Source of the DNA: an uncultured virus (IMG/VR IMGVR_UViG_3300030376_004332)
Taxonomy: Duplodnaviria; Heunggongvirae; Uroviricota; Caudoviricetes
Length of the DNA stretch: 64,000 nucleotides
IMG/VR virus record: IMGVR_UViG_3300030376_004332
Strand: one strand, 5' to 3'
The stretch's first letter is position 1. The number at the start of each line of letters is the position of its first letter. The notes under the pieces are model-generated. The model had not been told where the DNA came from. It worked only from the letters and a program-made list of their open reading frames with translations, and ran no database searches. This document shows positions 27,043 through 36,600 of the stretch, one piece after another. The translations under genes were made by a program, and so were the position numbers.

Positions 27043-27154
27043 CCCTGACCCCTTTACTCTGAGCTAGGACTAAAGCTAGAAGAGAACTCTAGATGAGGTG
27101 TTTTTCATAGTAACATCTTTGATGAACACCTAGTTCAGAGTAAAGGGGTCAGGG
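27043..27154 (+). ncRNA. Candidate structured RNA / long hairpin
   Basis: 26-bp stem (27043-27068 with 27129-27154, one G.U on the plus strand) enclosing a 60-nt interior. Confidence 0.4.
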
Positions 27155-27202
27155 AATTTTCGCTATTGCAATTAGATAGTTTTTCAAATATTGTTAAAGA
27201 CC

Positions 27203-27409
27203 ATGAATGTTTTGAGAATATACTTTGAAGAGTATCAACTCTTAATGTCCATGCAAACTAAACAAAGAAAAGTAATGCCAGAGACATTCAGAGTTTATCC
27301 TATCTTTAGAGATGAACATGGTGAAGACCCCAGAGTGGGGGAGGCAATCGATATGTCTCTGCAAGAAGCTAAGGTAATTCTACCGAAGCAGTACTTCCAT
27401 GAAACTTAA
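27203..27409 (+). CDS. Hypothetical protein
   Basis: TTGCAA-17-TATTGT ends 8 nt before the ATG. Confidence 0.6.
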   Translation: MNVLRIYFEEYQLLMSMQTKQRKVMPETFRVYPIFRDEHGEDPRVGEAIDMSLQEAKVILPKQYFHET

Positions 27410-27626
27410 AAACTATATTAAGACTGATAATGATAGTGAATACGAATGGATCGCAATGCTTAACAAAGACAACTCATATGAGATCGTTGGCAGTATTGAG
27501 GGATCTAGAGTATTACTATATCGTGGCGAAGGTAAACAAACTAGCTTGAGTTACTTCAAGCATCTAGCCCACAAGCACGGATCTCTTTCCGCAACAATAC
27601 CTTTCAGCAGTTTAGCGATAGCTTAA
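27399..27626 (+). CDS. Hypothetical protein
   Basis: Overlaps the previous ORF; stop overlaps the convergent giant ORF. Confidence 0.6.
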   Translation: MKLKNYIKTDNDSEYEWIAMLNKDNSYEIVGSIEGSRVLLYRGEGKQTSLSYFKHLAHKHGSLSATIPFSSLAIA

Positions 27627-30600
27627 TCTTGATCGTGTCTGTAGAATCGGGGTAAGTTTTTGAAGTAAGCACTTAGCAGTCGCTCTCTTCTTAGGAAGGT
27701 TGCGTCTCCTGTCAGCTTGTACTTATCCCTCAGTTTCTTTTTCAATCCTTTGTGGGTTTCTCTTGGTGTCTCTGTTACACCCTTTAGCAAGAACCCATAT
27801 CTTCGTTTACCGAACTGAGAACCAAACACGATCTTCCTAACTTCCTCATCTGATAACCCACCGAGAGACGCTAGATTTTTTAACGTGTGTGCTACTTCTT
27901 TATCTAGCCTTATTCTATGATCTATTTCATCTAGTACTAGTCCTTTGATTTCATTATCTGATAAAGGATTATCACTAAGAACTATATTCTTTCTAAGAGA
28001 AATATTCTGCGTCTCCCTTCTTACATCAAACAAGTATCTCCTCATGTTGTTTGAGATATCTATTGTGTAAGGCTTGGCAGGATAAAACTCTTTACCTATC
28101 CGATCAAAGATATCCTCGACAGGGCTAGTACCAATCATCTTCTTTACCTCACGACCTGCTTTAATTGTTCTCGGTTCTATTGCTTCTTTTAGTAGAAATC
28201 CTGCCCCCTTTATAAATACATCTTCAGCCGTATCTCTTTCTTCCCATATCTTTTTATTTGTTTGAGGATCTCTGTTTGATTTAAGTGCCATAAAAGCACC
28301 TGCAAAAATTTGATCATCTAAGTATTCATTCAAGATCAACCCTTCTATAAAGCTCATGCCCATAGAAGCAGGGCTTTCCCCTCTGAATCCTTTTTCAACT
28401 GAACGTAGAACAGGGTCTGCTAATAATGCATATGGGTTTAGATAAGTGAAGTCTAAAGTTTTCAAATCGTTACCCTCTCTGTAGATGAAAAAGGTGTGCC
28501 CTCTTAGATATTCTACAAGCGTTCTTCTGAGTGCTGCATCTTCTTCATCATCAACATCATTTAGTAAACGCATTGCCAATGGAGCTGCTGCTGATAAGCC
28601 GACTGTTGTCCCAAGGAATCCTGTTAGTCTTCTTAATCCTCGAAGTTTTATAACAGTACTCGGATCTTTTATTTCTTGGACAGCTAGTCGTATTGTATTT
28701 ACAGATATCCTAACGATCTCTCCTTTGAATCGAATGAATGGTGCAAACATAACTCCGACAGAGGAGTTCGTCCATCCCCTTACTAATGGAGAAGCTCTAC
28801 TATAAGATTGAGCTGTACTTAAAACTTTATCTGCGGCTTCTCTTTTGATTTCATAATCTGTCATGTTAGCGTATTTGCCCTGCCCTTTCTTTTTAGCTTT
28901 CTGCAATACTGCTAACTCATGTTCGTAGTAAGAGATCTTATAGAAAGTATCTACTACAGCCGATAGATCTTTAAGTTTACTATATAGTTTGTTTATGGGA
29001 GTACCTAATTTCTTTAGGTCACTTTCTTTAGTACTATCATCAGTTAATTCATCTAGCTGTTTAGTTGTAGCATAGACTTCATTCATCAAATCATTTGGAG
29101 TTGTCTCTCCCTTAAAGATTTCATCAAGCATCTTAGGTCTAATCTCATCCCCGATAATATCGAGAGCATCTAGTTCAGAGTAATACTCATCTAGTTTAAC
29201 CTGACTAAAGCGGTCGCCTGTATATAGATTACGATGACGCACTAATTCTTTAAGACCATTTTTTGTATACCTTATGGGAGCAATCATCCCTTGAGATAAA
29301 CCGAAGTATACTACGTTACCTATTATGTTTCTAAAATAGAATCCAATAGATCCTAATGTTTTAGATGCCATAGATAATCCTGTTAGGTTATGTGCCATCC
29401 TATTTAATTCATTGGCTACAACTTCTGATTCATTTAAAGATTGTGTAGACATATCTCCTAATGACTTCAAAGCTGTGAGCATATCATTAGGGACATAATA
29501 TTTTTTACCTTGGGATACATTGACCCAAGGATCATAACGATAATCCCCATCTCCTACTACCCTTGACCAATTCTTTTGGTCATCACCTAAAGCTTTCCAT
29601 TCAGTTTCTTCAATGATCCACCCGTTCTTTTCTTTCATACCGAAGTCCAAAACATTTTTTAAGTATGCTTGGTGTGAAGCCATAATACCTACGTGCATAT
29701 ATGTACGCATGACCGCATCATAACCAGTAGCGTCTCCTTCTTCTCCCATTAAAGCCCTCAACTGAGCTGGAACATCTTTCCTTTCTTTTAGTCTTTCTTT
29801 AAGTATGTGCGTGAATCCCATACGTTTAGCAGCATCGTCTCCTTCCACTAGCTTTACACCTGTATCAGATGTAAATAGATTATCTTTATTTGAAAAAGAA
29901 TTTAAGAAAGAAACCATCATATTATGTATGAGTGGTGGTTGATCAGAAGGAGACTTAGTTGGGTCTGCCCTTAGTTCTTTGTCAGCTATTTCTTTAGCGT
30001 GTTCTAAGTTTGTAATTACATTGCCCGATGAGTCTTTTTCTTTTTTAAGTATTATCTCTAAACCCCTATAGTTTCTGTATTCTTCAGAAAAGAAATCCGC
30101 AGCTTCTGAACGAACAAGATCATACTTTGAATCATACATTACTGAATCCGTAAAACCTGCTTCTGAAAATAATTTATATTGTCTTGTGAGGTATACTTCT
30201 AGATTAGCATCAATCGTAGAGTTTATTGTTTTCTTAATATCTGGATCATTAGGAAATAGTTCTCCAATCTTTTTAGAGAACTCATCTGTCTTTCCTCTAA
30301 GTGCTAACAAGTGTCTTACTATTTCTGATTTAGGATCTCCGTTATCATCATAACCACCTAACTGTTCTATGGCATACTCTCTCCGTTGTTCAAGTACAGC
30401 TCTTCTATTTTGATAAGCCCTCTCATAGACTAATGTTTTTTCATCATCTATTGCTTTAAGTTCTGAAGTAACCCGTTTAATATTAATCTGTACCTCTTTA
30501 TTATTAGGTGCGTTTTCTAATTGTTCATTCAACTCAGCTAATACTTGAGTTAGCCTTTTTAATTTTGTATCAAAAGTCTTACGAATAAGTGCAGTAGTAT

Positions 30601-33600
30601 CATCATCTACTTTTAAAACTTCAGCATCACCTGTTATGCTACGGAACAAATCCACAGGTGCGCCATCTGGAAACTCTTTTGCTACTAGTACATCTAGTCT
30701 ATCCTTATATCTTTGTATCTCATTGAATATAGCATTACGTAAAGCAGTACCTTGTTGATGTAATCTTTGTAGTCGGGGGTCAGCCTTACCTACTAGCTTA
30801 TTCATCCAACTCATTAGCCCTTTATACTCACCACGATATTTCCCTGTCTTCATCAAAGGAAGCGTTAACATACCCGTTAGGTTTCCGTATTTAAATACTT
30901 CGTTCCTTGTAGTCTCTGTTGTGGTATTACCATCCACTTGAGATTGGGTCATCTCAATAACAGTACCTGTTTCTGGTTGGATATCCATATCCTCTTCCGA
31001 AGTTTCCGTCTGTATTTTTAAAGCACTAACTACTTTCAAAGGATTATCAGGGTCAAAGGAAGGGGGTTGTCCTATTTGATATCCAGCCTTCATGTCATTG
31101 TATGCTTGAACAACTCTGTTAACAGACATAGACATATAAGGATTACTTGAATCGCTTTTTAAAGCAGTAGTTATTCTATTAATAAAACCTTTTAAGTATC
31201 TCAACAGAACAGAAATTATATTTGGGTTATCCATATAGAATGCTTTGTCCTCTTCTGTAGTGAATCCTTTCACTGCCCTTTGTACGTGCATACGCAAAGC
31301 TTCTTTAGCTAATGTCCGTTGTTCTTTTAAAGATACTTCCGAATCTTCGTTATATAGCCTAGCTCTAGCTGCTTGCCTATCCTCTTCTGTTTGATAATAA
31401 GTATCTATTGTTTTATTAATTTCAGATGTGGGTAACTGATTATAGAAATCCGAAATTTCTTCTGAGGTAAGATCAGCGAAAGTAGCTGCGTGAATTATTT
31501 CCTCTGTAACTATAGATGATGTTAATGCTTTAGCATTTATATCAGATAGTCCTTTTATTAAACCTACTAACCCATTAGGTTCAATTTGAATATATGATTC
31601 ACCATCGTCTGTTACAACATAACTAAAAGGTTTAATAGGTTTCCCCGCATCTTCGGCTGCTTGTCTTTGTTCTTCGGGCACTACCTTAACTTGAACCCCA
31701 AACATTTGGGAGAGTAAAGTCAAGTCAGCCATAAGACCTTGTACCTTCAGTAAGTGCTCTTGTTGGTTTCCTTCAAGTGAATCAAATTCATCTTGTGGTG
31801 AAAGGTTTCTAATCTGTGACTCAGTAGTCTCATCATTGATGGTGTTAAGTTTTTCTTCTAAATCGAATTTATTTTTAGCTGCACTAACCGCACGTATCTG
31901 TTCTCTTAAAGCATCACGGACTCCCTCATTGTCTGGTAATTCTAATTTTGTAACGAACTCAACTTTGTCATCAAGCTCTTGAAGTAAATTATTGATGTCG
32001 TTGTACTTAACTGTTCTTGTTATAGGTATTCCATTTGACCAATTAGGTGTAAAAGAATATTTAACTTCCGTGTCTTTCTCTTTACTTCCTTCAGGAATCC
32101 ACTCGCCTGTACCCTTTACCCTACTGTATCCATTGTTATTTAAATATATGGCAAGTGGGATTTCACCTGTACTAAGATAGTTCCTCCTACCTTTTTGTTT
32201 TGTTTCTGATAATCCTTCACCTGTTAAATGCTCATTAGTATCCATTACAATGGTAGCACCTTTTTCCATTGCTTTATCAATGAGTTTATATTCTCCTAAT
32301 AACTCACCATCTCTTATAGGTAGTATAGAATTTTTTCGTTTACCATTAGAGGCTACAAAAATAACATCCGAAGACTTATAATTTCCTGTGTTTGCTCTAC
32401 CCCTTTTATTATATAAATCGTAGTACCTATCTGTTGAAGAGCCTTTTGCACCTTGACCAATAAACTGCGTAGCTTTTCTTGTCTTGACTTGTTCTTTCCC
32501 TAAGTAACCTGCTTTTTTAGCCCCATCACTTATAACGGTTTCTATCTCTTTTGTTGTAGCCCGTTGCAGTATTTTGTTTTCGTATATTTCTACTATAGGT
32601 CTTAGTGCATCGCTTTCTTTTATATAAAGATTAAGTACTGCTTCTTCAGAACCCGTATAATTTGGGATGGGTATACCAAGCTCATTAAGAAGAGTAGTAT
32701 TACCCTGTTCTTCTAAAAATAATATCTCTGCATCTAATTGTAAAAGACGAGCTTTAGCTTCAGACAGTTTAATCTTTTTAGTAGTCTTCCTACCTGTGTC
32801 AAGTGGGTTAGGTAGAACGTCTATAGAATCATACGAGTAACTTATTTCTTGATCTATCTCTGGGGTATATAAAGCTCGATCATTCTCGTTGGTTACTTCA
32901 GCTAATACTTTTCTTAAAGCTTCAATATGTTCTTTAACATCTTCTACAGAAGCCTTAGATATTTCGTTTATATCATACGCATACTCGTACTGGGTGAGTT
33001 TCGCTTCAAGCTCCTTCAGTTTTTTAGGGGCATCATTTAACTTAACAGTATCTGTACTTTCTGTAGTGTTAGTCTCTGGATCGTTTTCCCCCCAAGTATA
33101 TCTTATATTAATATTTATAGGTTTAGAAGCTTCAGTTGTTTCTTGCTCTAAAGAAAAATCTGAACCCCTTCCCCTTACTTCAGCGACTGCTTTTTCTAAA
33201 GAAGCAATACGTGCTTTAGAATCTTCTAAGTAATTTCTATCTATAGAACGATCAGTACCAAAGTCAGAACCTGATTCATAAGCTTCTGTATCTGATGCAA
33301 GTTTTTCTTTTAACTCTTTAATTTTTGCATCAGCATCATTTAATTTAACAGAATCTGTACTTTCTGTAGTGTTAGTCTCTGGATCGTTTTCTCCCCAAGT
33401 ATATCTTATATTAATATTTATAGGTTTAGAGGGAGCGGTTGTTTCCTGCTCTAAAGAAAATGACGTTGGTTCCTTAGTTGTTTGTGGAGTAAAAACAGCT
33501 ACGTACTGTAGGGTGGATGAGTCACGTAGTTCTTTAGCTACTAAGATCTCATGTATAGCTCTTGCTTGTGACGTAACCTTACTTCCAAATTTATTTTTAG

Positions 33601-36600
33601 GTGTTGGGTCTGCTGCGAACTGGTCTGTAAGTATTTTACCAGAACTAGCTTTACCAATTTCTTCTAACTGCGTTGGGTTCTTCTCGAAGTATATTTTCCA
33701 CAACCCTTTATATACCATATAGGAAGGGAAATTAGTGTTGGTTGGTGCTAGTCCTTTCCCTGTTCCTTTAGCAGCTTGGTAAAGCTCTTCTATAGATACC
33801 TTACCATTCTCATCTGGTTTAATATTTTTGAACTTTGTCTCAACGGGTATGAAGTTATCCTTTAAAAATTCATTAGCCTCACTCCATTTTATTTTTGCAT
33901 TAAGTGGAGAGAACTTTTGACCTACAGTATTACCTGCTGTAGATACCTCAAAAGACTCTACCCCCTCGCCAACGGATTTAGCATACCCTTCTTGTTTTCT
34001 TTTTTCTTTAGGTTTAAGAAAAGCATTCTCTAAATAACCATCTAAACTAGACCGTATTGATGCGATCTGATTTCTCAAGTCATCTACAGTGTCATCCCTT
34101 TCAATGGATTTGAAATTCTTTATGTCTTCTTGTAATTCTTTTATTCGGGCATCTGCTTGGTCTAACCTAACAGTACGAGAAACTGAAGAACCATTACTAT
34201 CTAAATAGCTGTAATCTAAAAATACTATATCTGCTGGTATGTTTGGTTTAGACTCACTCTCTCTTGCTTTGTCTATTGCCCATGCTTGTTCAAAATCTGC
34301 AAATTTTTGTCTTAATCTAGCATTATATCCAAGCCCATTATTTTCTCTTTGTAGTCTTATTTCGTTATGAGCTTCTAGAACAGCCTTGTGTATTACAGAT
34401 CTAGCAGCGTTTTGAGGAACATCTTCAATATTTTTGAGGAACTCATTATACATTAATGCTAATTCCTCATCCGTAAGATCCATAGCCCTTTGGTTCTCAA
34501 CGAATACACCATCTACAGTTATTTTAAATTGTTGTATTTCAACCCACTCAGCTGCTGTTATATTACTACCTTTGAGATATTCATTGCCTAGCTCCTCTTC
34601 TTCAGCTATTCTCTGCGCCTCCTCTAAAGTCTCTCCTTGTTCTTGTAATTCTTTTATTCTCCTAGCTGTAATCTTTGCCTGTGAAGTCCTATCGCTATAT
34701 TCCTCCGCAGTCATCATCGAGATTTCGTCATCCTCTCCAATCGTCAAGATTTCGGCATCCTCTCCAATCATTTGTTGCAATTGGATTTCATCGTCTTTAC
34801 GCTTAGGTGTTCTCCAGTCTAAGCTTTCCTCGTATTCTTCCTCATCAGTTACTGGTAAACCTTCTTCAATTTTTGCTACCGCAGAATCTATGCCCTTCCT
34901 TTTCTCCTCAGAAGGAGACTCAAGATCTAGCGGAGGTATCCCCATATGATACTCGATTGTGTCTCTCAATTCTTCTTCTTGCATAGGCATAAGCCTATTA
35001 AGCTCGCCTCTTATATCCCCTATAGAATCATTAAGCTCTTCTGCTGCTTTCTTTAAAGAAGGACTATTCTGATAATTATTCACATCCTCAAAAGCAACTC
35101 CTTTGTAAAACCATCCTTTAGCTTTGCCTATACCAAAAATAGGATACCAAGAACCAAATTTCTTTTTACCTCTACTGCCTGACTTCCCTGATGAGAGATA
35201 AAAAGTAACTACGACCCCATTTACTTTTTTGAAAATTATAGCTCGGCCAGCATATTTAAACAATGCTGACTGGTCACTATTTGCCCACCTAAACATAAAG
35301 GGCATTTCTTCATCTAAACCGTAGTTTTCAATGACTTCATCGTACCCCTCTTCATCTCTAACCTCTGCGAGTACTTCCTCAAATTCTTCTGCTCTTATAT
35401 TCTCTTCTTCTATAGGGTTTCCGTCAACATCATATTTCTGATTTACAGGTGTTAAGTCTAAAGGATCATCATCTGCTTTTTGTTGTTGCTCGTCTTCAAT
35501 AATTACTTTGAAATTAGCCTCAATATCTTCTTTAGATAAGTTATCTATACCTTCAAATAGCTTTTGATTTTCTTCTTCTATCTCAGCTTTAGATTTTTCA
35601 GGGGCTGTGTCTACAGTACCTTCACGTTTTTTAAGTGAGTTCCAGTCTATTTCTAAAACTCTAGCAGCCTCTTCGTTAGCCTCCCTTTCATACTTAATAG
35701 CTTCGGGGTCTAATAAATCTTTTGGGTAAACTTTATTGTGTCCTAAATTGATATGGGCTTTCTCATGCTCTTCAATAAAACGTGCGTACCCCTCAACATC
35801 TTTAAACGCAGCTTTAAGTTTAACTAAATCGATGTCTTTAAATACTTCTTTCTTTTGTTCTGAAGTTGGACTATCTACCTGCCCAGATAAATAGGGCAAT
35901 GTTTCTTCTGAATTAAAGTCATTTGCTATATTGTTAATATATAAAGTAACCTCTGCTGAAGCCACTTCTGTCTCTTCCCCATCAATAGGTTGGGTGACTT
36001 TAGTTTCTACTCTTGGCGTACTACCTAATTTGCCTGATGTATCTGTTGTATCTCTAGTTACATTTATATTAGCATTCGCTGCTGCCTGACGCTCCTTCTC
36101 TAATTGTTGAGTTATTCTTATAGCAGATCCGATTGCACTTTCGTAGTTTTCGTCAGTTGCTTGAGAAGCTGGGGTACGTAACTGCTGTTGTGTAATTCTC
36201 CGCATTTGCCCAGCCGTTAGTGGGGAGTTATTGTCTTCTAAAAAAGAAATAAGTTTCTGCTCTTCAGAAAGTCTTAGGTTTTCAATCTCTCCCCTAGCGA
36301 AAGCACCGTGTTTATCTGCAATAGACCTAACTCCAGCAGCACCTTGTCCAATAATACCTCCAACCAGTCCTGCGTACATAGCACCAGTTACTCTGTCTAT
36401 CATAGGGGTGTCCTCATTTAAAGCAGCGTCTACAATAAATGAATTAACAAACTCATCTATACCTTCCTCAAAAAATTCTTCAGTACCGCTTTTAAGATAA
36501 CTTCTATACAAGCCTCCAAAAACTTGTGGTGTAACGTCTTTGATTCGCTTTCTTAAATACTTTGTCATTAGCTCCCCATACTTAGACTTAGCAATTTTAG

